A stretch of DNA of 64,000 nt from Macrostomum hystrix. Lineage: Eukaryota > Animalia > Platyhelminthes. The notes below the pieces were generated by a model. It had not been told where the DNA came from. It did no database searches and worked only from the letters and a program-made list of their open reading frames with translations. Shown here piece by piece: positions 25,587-37,699 of the stretch (within the stretch, counting starts at the first letter, position 1; each line of letters begins with the position of its first letter). Position numbers and translations under genes: made by a program. The stretch spans positions 12,524,001 through 12,588,000 of the forward strand of contig CATNEN010000001.1 in the NCBI GenBank assembly GCA_950097015.1, written 5' to 3'.

Positions 25587-26689
25587 GTCCCGGATGAGCT
25601 GAATTGTTTGGCGAATGATTAGGAAAATGCAGTGGATTGCAAGCAAGGATTGAGCAGCAAGTCAGTTGACAGATATTGAGCAGGTAAATATGATCGAATA
25701 ACTCTACCTGCCCCATCGTTTCAGACTTGAAGCAGCCAATCAGAGCTGTTATGAGGCTGCATTGCCGAAGAAATTTTGTCTTCCAATGGACTAGACATTC
25801 CCTTCTAGTGTTCCTGCTACTCTACTCATACCAGTTAATCTTCTAGTAGTATCTAAATAATTTGAGCAAGTTAAATAAACATGTTGGCCTGATGTAGCTC
25901 GCATGTTTACCCGCGTACAACTATCTAAAATGAAGACTTTCTTATTCGTATCTGCAGAGCCCTGTAACATCCACTTGGAAACGATCGACCAGCTGCGCGA
26001 CTTACCGCGAGGACTCTCCGCGAGTACGCCCCCAAATGAATGCGGCAGTAAGCGCGGTAACCACACATTTAAATAGATAACAATCAAGATACACACGATC
26101 GTTGCTAATTCATCGAAAGAATTACAATTTATTTTCACTTCTTGTTTGTACTACGGAGAAAAACTACAGAAAGACATTTTTCCCAGCTCCGAGTGTTATT
26201 CAAAGGTAATTTGAATTTTTTAATGTCAAACAAAATAGCCATAACATTCGAGATAACTGTCAGTAATTCACCATCAAGGTTGGAAAATGTTTCTACTCCT
26301 AAGCACAGCTTCTGAAGATTGAACAGATGTTTAACAGTCAATTTTCATCCTGGTTTCCTAGCATCAGGAAACTGATGATTGAAGGTGATGAAGGTGAACT
26401 GACAGGTAACACCTTTAAGTCTTTAAGTGGAATTTCTCATCTCAGTTGAGATGCGGCATTTTCCTATTGGCTGCGTGTTCCACCTGAATCCAGTAATAAT
26501 TTGAATTCACCTGCCTGTTGTTCTCAAACTCACTGAGCGGAGTAAAACTGACAGTTAAAACAAAAATACGAGGCTAGTTTAAAGCTGCATTTCAAACTGG
26601 TTGCAATTCTGACTATTTTAAAATTGGCGGTAAGTACCACGTGGCAATACGGCTCATGTTTATAATATTAGCAGTGAGATTGTGGGAGG

Positions 26690-26822
26690 CTGTGTACACT
26701 CTCAATGAGCCTTGGAAGTTGGTTCTCAACGCGACAAGCCTCCAAGCCTTCTCTCCGCGGCTGTGCGCCAAAGTAAATGTGGCCTTCCCGCGCAATCGGG
26801 GCTCAGGGACATTGGCGCATTT
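26690..26822 (-). mobile_element. SINE family 1 fragment
   Basis: tgtacactctca..gccttgga..gacaagcctccaagccttctctccgcggctg..ctcagggacattggcgc. Confidence 0.7.
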
Positions 26823-26865
26823 AATTTTGTTAAAATGCTGTTATAGCTTCATGTCCTCACTTCAG

Positions 26866-27822
26866 TTTCAGTGGCGAACGCTGCAACTGTGTACTACCCT
26901 GACACCGAGAGCTATATCGTACTGAATGATTCTATAAGCAGCAGCCTGTTCAACGATACTTCCATCGTCTCTGATGCCGCGTGTCTGATCAACTGCTAGA
27001 TGACGGGCTCTATTGCAGTCATGAATAGGACAAGCCAAGTCTGCCAGACGGCTGTCATCAACGATGAGTCATCGGGCCCGTTGGGTCCGAATGGCAGTCA
27101 CGTGACAAAGCAGCTGCACTCACTAGTCGATGGCGCAGTGACTCTGTGGAAGTCGGAGGACTTCGAGCAACAGCTTCGCTTAAAAAATTTTCTCCGTATC
27201 TTTGCAAGTGAGTTTAGCTCCTTTCTTGTTCGAATAATTCAAGTGTGATACATCACAATGCGACCTCTCCGAATCTCCTAATCGCCAAACCAGACAGCAG
27301 CCGTGGCCGCAACGGATCATTCCAGTTCCATATTGTGCCATTCTCTGCCTGCTACCGCATCGAGGCATTCGGAGCTGCTGGGAGCTGCTGGTGTCTTTGA
27401 ACTACACGGGTTGAGGCGGCAGGGGTGCCTCAGCCTCAGGGAGCTTCTGGATCACCGCTGGGTCCCGACTGGACATTGTGGCCGGTCAAGCTGGCGTAGA
27501 ATCGGCGTGTGGATTCGGCGCCGGCGATGGCGGTGGCAGCTTCGTGTACGTCACGGGCAACGGCACGGGCAGCGCGCATCTGCTTCTGGCTGCCGGAGGC
27601 GGCGGCGGTGCGTCCTGGAACTTTGGTAGAGAGAAGTCTATTTGAGAAGCGCTGTTGGTTACTTCTCTGCCTTGTCTCTAACTACAAAGTTTGTTAAAAC
27701 CCAATGATTCTCGATGGCGTGAGTGGCTCCAGCACTGTCAACGGTCTTCACAGAGCGTGCATGACGGCGTCGCCCCGCCTGGCCCTGGAGGAGCTGACGG
27801 TCAGCCGGGTCGCACGTCAGTA
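26866..27822 (+). pseudogene. Pseudogene of the PAN-like + ALK/LTK-type glycine-rich secreted protein family (copy 1)
   Basis: Homologous to 28954-31096 (INDESSGPLGPNGSHVT; exon 3 nearly identical); in-frame TAG at 26997-26999, frameshifted exon 3, exon 4 cut off by the 23-bp repeat. Confidence 0.8.
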
Positions 27823-27823
27823 G

Positions 27824-28478
27824 ATTTGTCCTCAAATCATCAGTACTTATGAACTCAAATCATCAGTACATGTCCTCAAATCATCAGTTGATTTGTCCTC
27901 AAATCATCATTAGTTTTTCAAATCATCAGTTGATTTTTCCTCAAATCATGAGTACATTTGTCCTCAAATCATCATTACTTTTTCAAACTAGCAGAAGATT
28001 TGTCCTCAAATCATGAGTACATTTGTCCTCAAATCATCAGTACATTTGTCCTCAAATCATCAGTACATTTGTCCTCAAATCATCAGTACATTTGTCCTCA
28101 AATCATCAGTACATTTGTCCTCAAATCATCTGTACATTTGACCTCAACTCATCAGTTCATATTACCTCAAATCATCAGTTGATTTGTCCTCAAATCATCA
28201 GTACATTTGTCCTCAAATCATCAGTACATTTTTCCTCAAATCATCAGTACATTTGTCCTCAAATCATCAGTACATTTGTCCTCAAATCATCAGTACATTT
28301 TTCCTCAAATCATCAGTACATTTTTCCTCAAATCATCAGTACATTTGTCCTCAAATCATCAGTACACTTTTCCTCAAATCATCAGTACATTTGTCCTCAA
28401 ATCATCAGTACATTTGTCCTCAAATCATCAGTACATTTGTCCTCAAATCATCAGTACATTTGTCCTCAAATCATCAGT
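27824..28478. repeat. 23-bp minisatellite (atttgtcctcaaatcatcagtac)
   Basis: Visible periodicity. Confidence 0.95.
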
Positions 28479-28953
28479 TCAACAGTAGAACTGAAGTTCG
28501 TTTGTTGCCGTGCGTTCAGTATCAACCAAGAAACTGAATCAGAGTAGCAACCGAGCCTGAAAATAGTATCTGTACATAAAAAATCTGTCGCCGATAATCC
28601 ACCAGATTCTAGATCCACATAGGCCCCCATAGCTGAAGGCAAACACGGGTGAGTCGCTAATGCAAAGCACACAGACTTTGTCGCATCTCCTTTGAATACA
28701 CATCTATCTAGCCGATCTGTGTTTTATCTAGCTTTACTTTGCTAGTCTTTTAGAGCTATTACCTTCTGCACAGTATATCTAACGCTTTTTTCTTACGAAC
28801 TTTTTGCTACTGTAAATAAAGGGTCTAACTTTATATATCTGTCAAACAAGCTATCAATTTTATGCTTTTTTGGTATCCAAGTGGTCTGAATAAGGGGATC
28901 ACGATTGAATTAGCAAGGCAATTTATCTACAGCCGAGAAGAACTAGATAGACA

Positions 28954-31096
28954 ATGGGTTACAGTTATGTTACTGTTCTACTGCTCATCCTTACAACTGG
29001 TGAGTTGGAACTGAAAGCTACAAATTTTTACAACTCGGATAAGCATAAGGTTGACTTGATTATCGACTTAGAAAATACGATTGTCCTCTTGTGGGTCTAG
29101 CTCCAAACAAGGGTCGCCAGCAAGTAGGAATTCGATTAACGATTAACGATTAACGATAAAATAAAAAAACTATTCTAAGAGAGGACAGGAGACACACGAG
29201 AGAGAGAGATGAGAGAGTCAGGTAGCTTTAAACAGGAATCAGCTTATGAGCTTATGATTTAGGAGCTTCGTAGGCCGCACCTGGCCCAGAGTTTTCCGAC
29301 CCCTGGCGTACCGAAACGAACGTCAATAGATTAGCACAGTTTGGTTGGTTTGTGACTGTCTCTTTGGCTTTAAAAATTTCTAAAACTGGCACAACAATTC
29401 GCATTTTAAATGTTTCAGAGACAAGTACTGCAATCAACGGCTTCAAATTCACACTCGTTGAGAACAGTGTCTTGGTAATTAATGACTCAATTAGCAGCCG
29501 CGAAATCAACATGTCAGGTGTATACTCGGCCAGGCACTGCGTGGTCCATTGTGAGAATCTGGGCTGCTCCGTCTCCAAATTAAATCAGACCAGCGGCGTC
29601 TGTCAGATGGTCTCCATCAACGATGAGTCATCAGGCCGGCCTGGACCCAATGGCAGTCACGTGACAAGACTGCTGAGCCCTCCGATCGTTGACGCTGTGA
29701 GGTTGTGGAAGCTGGAAAACTTTGAGCAGCAGCTTCTAGCGAGAGTTTTCCAGCGAGTTTTTACAAGTGAGCTCACTCAACCCCGATTATTTAAAAATGT
29801 ATTTCGCAGCGGCGCGCGTGGTTTGTCGAATCGTTTTGCAGCCGCAGCCGGCGAGGAGACAATTCTGTCCCTTTCGCTGACTCCATTGCACACACACCCG
29901 AACACAACTATGTACACGGATATTGGCACACACTCAAGCAGGCGTGTACAACTGCCCAGATCTTCTCTTCGTCAGGCAGTGTACAGTTACACTCTCTCAA
30001 TGACGTAAACGGCACGACAAGTCCCCCTAGACTTCGCCCCTGCGTCCCCAAAAAATGAGGCCTCGCAACGGAATGCTCAGGGAACTTGTGGTCGAAAAGT
30101 TTCAGCTCTGCTATGATCGCTACAAGTTGAAAATAAAATGATTGTCACCTATGTTGTAATCCAACCAAACCAGACAGCAGCCGTGGCCGCAACGGATCAG
30201 TCCAGTTCCATATTGTGCCATTCTCTGCCTGCTACCGTATCGAGGCATTCGGAGCTGCTGGGGGCAGCGTGTCTTTGAACTACACGGGTCGAGGCGGCAG
30301 GGGTGCCTCAGCCTCAGGGAGCTTCTGGATCACCGCTGGCACCCGACTGGACATTGTTGTCGGTCAAGCTGGCGTAGACTCGACATGCGGATTCGGCGCC
30401 GGCGGTGGCGGTGGCAGCTTCGTTTACGTCAGCAACGGCACGGGCAGCGCGCATCTGCTTCTGGCTGCCGGAGGCGGTGGCGGTGCGTCCTGGAACTTCG
30501 GTAGGGTGGCATCAAGTGAAAAATGCTCGTATTAGTCTCCTTCAGAGATGCAGCGTCTATTTTGTTCACTTTCTAGTCATTTTAACCACAAAACCTCAGA
30601 TGGCGTGAACGGCTTCAGCAGCACCAACGGCACAGACAGTTATCCTGGTGACGGACATTCTGGCCGAGGCGGAGCTGACGGTCAGCCCGGTCGCATGGCG
30701 CCAAGTCGGTACCCAGCCAGCAGCAATTCTTGCGGCGGTCCCGGGGCCGGCTGGTACGACTCGGCCAAACCGAGCCTTGACTTCTTCCCGGCTCCCGGAG
30801 GTCCCGGACTGAGCCGCATCGATGGCTGGCTGGGCGGAGCTCGCAACGCCTCCTGCAAGAATGGGGACGGCGGCTTCGGTGGAGGCGGCGCTGGCGGCGG
30901 CTGCTGCTTCCGGCTTTTGTTTGTGTCAGGCGGCGGAGGCGGCGGCTTCAGCGGCGGAGGCACCGGATCTCGACTGGCCCAGTCTGGAGGTGGTGGCGGC
31001 TCCTTCTGCAGCGGCTTCAGCTGCGTCAAGGTCACCGGAGCCAACTCGGAGGCTCAGGGTCGCGTGCTGCTGAGCATGTCTGGCGCCTGCGAGTGA
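28954..31096 (+). CDS. Secreted protein: signal peptide, PAN/Apple-like module, ALK/LTK-type glycine-rich domain (copy 2). Exons 28954-28999, 29419-29766, 30174-30500, 30600-31096
   Basis: MGYSYVTVLLLILTT signal exon; C-x3-C-x4-C..C pattern (HCVVHCENLGC..VCQM); YRIEAFGAAGG, GGRGASASGSF, LDIVVGQAG, GGGGGSFVY, LLLAAGGGGG, GGFGGGG, GGGGFSGG, GGGGGSF; three phase-1 GT-AG introns give one ORF; no TM segment. Confidence 0.8.
29108..29305. mobile_element. Degenerate short copy of the hAT-type MITE seen at 35573-36759
   Basis: Right end gatttaggagcttcgtaggccgcacctggccc..ccgacccctg matches 36704-36759; left boundary approximate. Confidence 0.55.
29830..30110 (-). mobile_element. SINE family 1, degenerate copy in intron 2 of glycine-rich gene copy 2
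   Basis: gcagccggcgaggagacaattctgtccctttcgctgactcc..gtcaggcagtgtac..gcacgacaag. Confidence 0.7.
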
Positions 31097-31180
31097 AGCG
31101 GAGTTTCATGGCCTGGCGTAAACTAAACTCAACACTTTCTCTGAAAGAGGCAAACTTTTTGAGACTAGCCTGTTTTACTT

Positions 31181-31430
31181 AATAATAATAATAATAATAT
31201 TGTGCGTCGCCTCTGAAGGCTGCGTACAACTGCTCAGTCCATGGACTCGGGTGGACGCCACATCCGACCTCAATTACCCCAGGTAATGTTGGTACCCATT
31301 TAACAGCTGGTTGAAATGCAGCAATGCATTGTTTAGCGTCTTGCTAAAGGATACAAATGGTTCCAGTGGAGTCAGGAATCGAACCCCCGACCTTCAATTC
31401 ATGTGTCCGACGCTCTAACTACTAGGCTAC
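31181..31430 (-). mobile_element. tRNA-derived CORE-like SINE (family 2) with (TAT)n tail
   Basis: Reverse strand: tagcctagtagttagagcg (A box), ggttcgattcc (B box), tgtatcctttagcaagacgctaaac..cagctgttaaatgggtacc (CORE-like), then tattattatt tail. Confidence 0.75.
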
Positions 31431-32148
31431 AACCTTTATTTTTAAAACAGCCATTTGCTTTCCTTTCACTTGGGCGAGTGTCGTTACCTGACAAAACAAA
31501 GACGCTCATAATAGGGACTGTTGGCTTTTCGTACAGCAGCGAATCAAAGTCGTCTAGGTAGGTAGGGAAAACGATAGGTAGATAATTTGATGATTCATTA
31601 TCCAGAGACATATTCGAGTCCAGCTCTCAGCCGTGAGAAGAGAATCGATAAAGCTGATGGGATTCAGGTAACTTGATTGTCACACAATCGAAAAAAACAC
31701 TGTCGAAAGTATCTGTGTATGTACGCCAAAACCCATTAGATGTTGACTGATTCCGCATGTTTGGCTCCGCGGGCCGCGGTCTCATTTTAGCAGAGTTCTT
31801 ATTGACTCAAGCCAGAAAAGCAGACGTGGCATCCGATTGCTTGAGAGCTAATGGGAAAGTCACGTAACAGTTTGCCTTTGGTTTGAGCCCGGCCTGTTTT
31901 CCTGTTTGTATGCTGAAAAATCTTGATTAGATTCCTCGTAAATCAGTTGGTATAAAAAATCGCGTGTTAACTCGCGAAATGGAAAGCAAATACGTTGGCC
32001 CACATTTGTTAAACCTGTTAAACATGCGCAGTCGATGAAGCTATAAAACTAGTCAAATAAGTAACGTTGTGAAAAAGAGTGTGTCCTTTGTTTAAGGCAA
32101 GGGAATTTTTTTGCTAAGCAGCAAAACTCAAATTGAACTCAACGCAAA

Positions 32149-34307
32149 ATGCTGGCGCATAATATTTTGCTTGTGCTTCTAGCACTCATTGTCAGTGAGT
32201 TACGAGTCTATCAGTCTGAGTTTCATGTTTTCTGAAATGTTGTTTATTTTGGTTTACGATTATTATATATTATTAGAGCTGCAGGAGGGCTGCGGACAAC
32301 GGCACATCATTTGGAGACTCTCGACCCGCAGCCAGCTAGGCAGATTCTGCCCATTTCGCTGACTCCTGAGCACACACGCACACAGATACCATAGGCAGGA
32401 ACGCACTCACACAGGTGTGCACATCTGCCCTGACTTTCTCATCGTCAAGGCCTTTGAGGGCGTAAGTTGCACGACAAGCCACCTAGCCTTCTCCCCAAAT
32501 GAATGTGGCCTCGCCGCAGAATCGTGCTCAGGGACATTGGTACGAGAGTTCACCGCTCTGCCACTCACCCCCTTGTTTTACGATCCTTATTTAGTGACGG
32601 ACGCTTCAAGGATTAAAGTGTTCAACCGTGAAATCAGAGCGATGGTATTGGACAATGCCGTCAGCTGCAGTCTTATCAAAGAGTCCAGCTTTGCAAACGA
32701 CGTCAACTGTCTGACCGGCTGCGAGAGTATAGGCTGCGCTTTTGCGTTGGTTAATGAGACCAGCCGCACGTGCCAGGTGTTTGTCATCAACGATGAGTCA
32801 TCTGGTCTGCTCGGTCCCAACGGAAGTCACGTGACGAGACAGCTGGTCACGCCTGCGGACGGTTCTGTGAGGCTGTGGTTGGCACAGGATTTTTTAATGC
32901 AACGTCGGTCGCGGAGTCTACGAAAAGTTTTTTCTAGTAAGATTGTCTAAATAGCCAGTTTCTTAGTAAGAAATGCATTTTTATATTAACTGTCGGCAAA
33001 ATAACCAACAGACAGCAGCACTGGACTAAATGGATCGGTTCAGCGTTTCGAGGTGCCATTCTCTGGCTGCTACAGGTTGGAAGCATCCGGCGCCGCTGGA
33101 GGCGATGCGTCCGCCGGCTACTTGGGTCGAGGCGGTAGGGGCGCCTCAGCCAGTGGAAGCTTCAGGCTTAACGCCAGCACCCGACTGGACATTGTAGTCG
33201 GTCAGGCTGGCGGTAAGTCTTCGTGCGGATTCGGCGCTGGCGGTGGTGGCGGAAGCTTCGTCTACGTCTTCAACGCCACTGGCGACGCGCATCTGCTCCT
33301 GGCTGCAGGTGGCGGTGGTGGGGCTTCAGGACATTTCAGTACGCATTTTTATGTATTTTTTTACATCAATGTACTTTCATCTTTCCATTAAGCATAGCGC
33401 CTGCAAATAAGTTATGGAGGGAGAGTATGTGACTGAGCTGGAGAGTATGTGACTGAGGGAGAGTATGTGACTGAGGGAGAGTATGTGACTGAGGGAGAGT
33501 ATGTGACTGAGGGAGAGTATGTGACTGAGGGAGAGTATGTGACTGAGGGAGAGTATGTGACTGAGCTGGAGAGTATGTGACTGAGGGAGAGTATGTGACT
33601 GAGGGAGAGTATGTGACTGAGGGAGAGTATGTGACTGAGGGAGAGTATGTGACTGAGCTGGAGAGTATGTGACTGAGGGAGAGTATGTGACTGAGCTGGA
33701 GAGTATGTGCCGAGTAGGTGAGCAGGGCACAGTATAGTATCCAAGGCTTTAATTCTTCGTCTCATGCTAGACTGTGTTGACACAAATAAGCTGATTGCTT
33801 TCTGTAGATGGCAGAGACGGCTCGAACGGAAAAAACGGTACAAGAAGCAATTCGTCACAAGAAACATTCGCTGGCCTTGGAGGGGTCAACGGAGAGCCAG
33901 GTCAGGCTTCGTCCAATCGATACATGAGTGAGCCATACTCGTGTGGCGGCCCGGGCGCTGGATGGGGTGGCTCCGGACGAACGAGTGGTGTATCCTACCC
34001 TGATCCCGGAAGCCCTGGGCTGACCCGCGTTGATGGCTGGCTCGGTGGAGCCGTCAACTCCTCCTGCATAACTGGCAGCGGCGGCTTCGGCGGAGGAGGA
34101 TCTGGCGGCGGCTGCGGTTTCGACAATCGTCTGGGCGCTGGGGGCGGCGGAGGCGGCTTCAGCGGCGGTGGCGCTGGCTCCGTCCCGCATCAGGCTGGAG
34201 GTGGCGGCGGCTCCTACTGCAGCGGCTTCGGCTGCGAGTCAGTCGCCGGTGCCAATTCAAAGCTACAGGGCCGCGTGCTGTTGAGCATTTCGGAAGCCTG
34301 CGAATGA
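32149..34307 (+). CDS. Secreted protein: signal peptide, PAN/Apple-like module, ALK/LTK-type glycine-rich domain (copy 3). Exons 32149-32194, 32595-32936, 33012-33338, 33808-34307
   Basis: MLAHNILLVLLALIV signal exon; NCLTGCESIGC..TCQV; YRLEASGAAGG, LDIVVGQAG, LLLAAGGGGG; same exon number and phases as copy 2; ends GRVLLSISEACE. Confidence 0.8.
32280..32565 (-). mobile_element. SINE family 1 copy in intron 1 of glycine-rich gene copy 3
   Basis: gcaggagggctgcggacaac..cccgcagccag..ttctgcccatttcgctgactcctgagc..ccgctctgccac. Confidence 0.85.
33418..33710. repeat. 18/20-bp minisatellite (gagggagagtatgtgact) in intron 3 of glycine-rich gene copy 3
   Basis: Visible periodicity. Confidence 0.93.
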
Positions 34308-34533
34308 CTTAATTAAGCCTATGATAGACAAGACTCTTTTATCTCGAAATTAGTGACCGATTCGAATTACACTGGCTACGGTATCAAGGCAAAAATGAAC
34401 AGCAACGCGATGCAAAACTGTCTCCCGACAACAAAAGCAGAATCCATAAATCGACACAAAAGTGAACTTTAATTGAAGCTGAATTTACAAGATTCTGGAG
34501 ATAAAAGGTGGAGAAATCAGTAAAACTGAGTTA

Positions 34534-34933
34534 CGAGGGGTGTCCAAAAAAGTATTAGGACCTTTTCACAAAACTATTTTTAACAGCTAGCAAGAGTAAC
34601 AACAACAAATTTAACTCATATGTATGTCTCCATAACTGCAGTGGGTTAAGTCTGCATCTCAATACATGAGCAGGAACTCGAACTCAAATTAACCAAATTT
34701 AAACTTGTGCGCAAAAATTCTAGCGTGATGATGTGTGCCACGTCATCACTTTCGATATCTATGGTAAAATTTTCATTTGTTTCTGCTTGTGTGGCATTTA
34801 GTGATATTTTCAAAATTCTTTAACTGTGTCATTTCTAAATAAAGTCGCTATAAATAAATTTGTTGTTGTTACTCTTGCTAGCTGTTAAAAATAGTTATGT
34901 GAAAAGGTCCTAAGACTTTTTGGACACCCCTCG
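34534..34933. mobile_element. Tc1/mariner-like MITE with about 80-bp TIRs and TA flanks
   Basis: TA+cgaggggtgtccaaaaaag... and ...ttttttggacacccctcg+TA. Confidence 0.75.
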
Positions 34934-35212
34934 TAACTCAGTTTTACTGATTTCTCCACCTTTTATCTCCAGAATTCTACTTCTATATCTACTTCTTCGC
35001 TATGATACTATAATCTATACGATATATTCAATATTACAGTACCACAAAGTAATCGACAAAGATACAAATAAAGTGATTTTATTCGTAAGAAATTATTCGA
35101 TATTTAACAACATTTTTCATTTTTCGCGATGAAAAACTTTTCGTTCTGCGTGTCTTTTGCTTTCGTTTTTACACCTGTTCAATTCGGTTGTAAAGTGCCT
35201 ACTCACATGCGT

Positions 35213-35272
35213 TAATAATAATAATAATAATAAAATAATAATAGTAATAATAAAAATAAAAATAATAATAAC

Positions 35273-35309
<37 letters not shown>

Positions 35310-35322
35310 TAATTATTATTAT
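35213..35322. repeat. (AAT)n microsatellite
   Basis: Visible. Confidence 0.9.
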
Positions 35323-35572
35323 AAGGCTGGAGAACGGCAAACGAAGCTAAGCTTTACAGGACTAAACTGTTCGTTTAATTTTAACTAAGCAATCGTGTTA
35401 ACAGTAGAAAGACCAATTTTCTGTATCTCCCAAAATATCCAACCAATCGCAATGAAAATCAAGAACGCGGAATAAAATTTCCCGCTCTATCCGATTAAAC
35501 AACTTCGCGAATCACAAATCATCAGCATCTCGTCGAGATATACAACGATATTCAACGTCGGAGTGTCTAGTG

Positions 35573-36759
35573 CAGGGGTAGGCAAACATATTTGCTGGCG
35601 GGCCAAAGAGAGAATCTAAAAGACGACAGTGGGCCGCATTGACTGTATAAATATGAGATAGGGGAGCGATGAGACACGGGAGAGATGAGACACGGGAGAG
35701 ATGAGACATAGGAAAGATGGGACACGGGAGAGATGAGACACGGGAGAGATGAGACATAGGAAAGATGGGACACGAGAGAGATGAGACACGAGAGCGATGA
35801 GACACGGGAGAGATGAGACACGGGAGAGATGAGACACGGGAGAGATGAGACACGGGAGAGATGAGACACGGGAGAGGTGAGACACGGGAGAGATGAGACA
35901 CGGGAGAGATGAGACACGGGAGAGATGAGACACGGGAGAGGTGAGACACGGGAGAGATGAGACACGGGAGAGATGAGACACGAGAGCGATGAGACACGGG
36001 AGAGATGAGACACGGGAGAGATGAGACAGGGGAGAGATGAGACACGGGAGAGATGAGACACGAGAGCGATGAGACACGGGAGAGATGAGACACGGGAGAG
36101 ATGAGACACGGGAGAGATGAGACACGGGAGAGGTGAGACACGGGAGAGATGAGACACGGGAGAGATGAGACACGAGAGCGATGAGACACGGGAGAGATGA
36201 GACACGGGAGAGATGAGACACGGGAGAGATGAGACACGGGAGAGGTGAGACACGGGAGAGATGAGACACGGGAGAGATGAGACACGAGAGCGATGAGACA
36301 CGGGAGAGATGAGACACGGGAGAGATGAGACACGGGAGAGGTGAGACACGGGAGAGATGAGACACGGGAGAGATGAGACACGGGAGAGATGAGACATAGG
36401 AAAGATGGGACACGAGAGAGATGAGACACGGGAGAGATGAGAAACGGGAGAGATGAGACACGGGAGAGATGAGACACGGGAGAGGTGAGACACGGGAGAG
36501 ATGAGACACGGGAGAGATGAGACATAGGAAAGATGGGACACGAGAGAGATGAGACACGGGAGAGATGAGACACGGGAGAGATGAGACACGGGAGAGATGA
36601 GACACGGGAGAGATGAGACACGGGAGAGATGAGACACGGGAGAGATGAGACACGGGAGAGATGAAACAGGACACTGTAGATGTCAGAAGGGGCAACGGGC
36701 CGGATTTGGGAGCTTCGAGGGCCGCATCTGGCCCGCGGGCCGGAGTTTGCCGACCCCTG
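35573..36759. mobile_element. Non-autonomous hAT (Charlie-like) element expanded by an internal 16-bp minisatellite
   Basis: TIRs caggggtaggcaaac / gtttgccgacccctg; 8-bp TSD gtctagtg (35565-35572) / gtctaatg (36760-36767). Confidence 0.85.
35655..36665. repeat. 16-bp minisatellite (gagacacgggagagat), about 62 copies
   Basis: Visible periodicity; 16-aa cyclic reverse ORFs. Confidence 0.95.
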
Positions 36760-37699
36760 GTCTAATGGCAAGAACCACGAATATAGGAATCTTTTTTTGC
36801 TCAAAAAAATCATGATGTAATCATCATTTATTACTATTTTAGTTTGATTAAATTGTTAATTTCCTAATTTTTTAACTAACATAGATTCGCAATGGAAGCT
36901 TATGTACAGAGCAATGTTTAGTCTTCAACTAGAATCGCTGAATATCTCCCCAGGGACTGTTGTAAGAAATTAAAATTAAGTTCTTAAGCAATTAATTCTA
37001 AAAATGATTTTACGAATCGAATAATGTTATTTGGCATTCCACAAGTAATTTCGTAATGCTTGGTCATACGTTCCAAGTCGACTCGGTCATTTTACAACTT
37101 TGAGCGCACAACGCGGCCCCGGTGCCGGGGCGCAGGGTAGAATAAAATTTGCGTAATTTCCTCGCAGTCTACTGTTAGTAGGCTGTGCTGTATTTTTGTG
37201 CTATAATTGAGCGCTGTAAAAAGCCCCAGCAGCTCCGCTCGTCACGCTGCCCCCTCCTGACCATGTACTTTTCATTTGCATGTTTAATTCTGTAACATAT
37301 ATGCTGTATGTATGAAGCAGTAATCACTTTCTTAATAAAAATATAAAACGCCTCTGTTTATATTCTATTCGTTACAGCTATAAATGGTTTATAAATACGT
37401 CCTTTCTAGTCCTATTGAATTCTTTTGACGCAGTTAAAAGTACAACTTTATTATCACGTTTAAAGCAATATGCACATATGAAATTTCTGTAATAAAGCGC
37501 ATTGAAAAAGTGAAAGCCATGATTGAAAAGAAGATTAAAGAAAGTACAGTCATGATTGGTATGGCAATGATTTAGAGTATCATAAAGCCTTTTCCTAGTA
37601 CTAATAGTAGACAGTAGAGAAATTTAAAAGCCACTTATCTTTTCTGCTACGCCGGTAGCCTTGTCATAAGGTCGGATCTCGTACTCTACTTTAATTTTC

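Noticed and set aside
28954-34307. ALK/LTK receptor orthologue or PE-PGRS/loricrin-like protein
   Set aside because: No TM, kinase or PE domain; the glycine runs follow the ordered glycine-rich-domain motif series rather than low complexity
35512-36813. Three long minus-strand ORFs
   Set aside because: Stop-free 16-bp repeat inside a MITE
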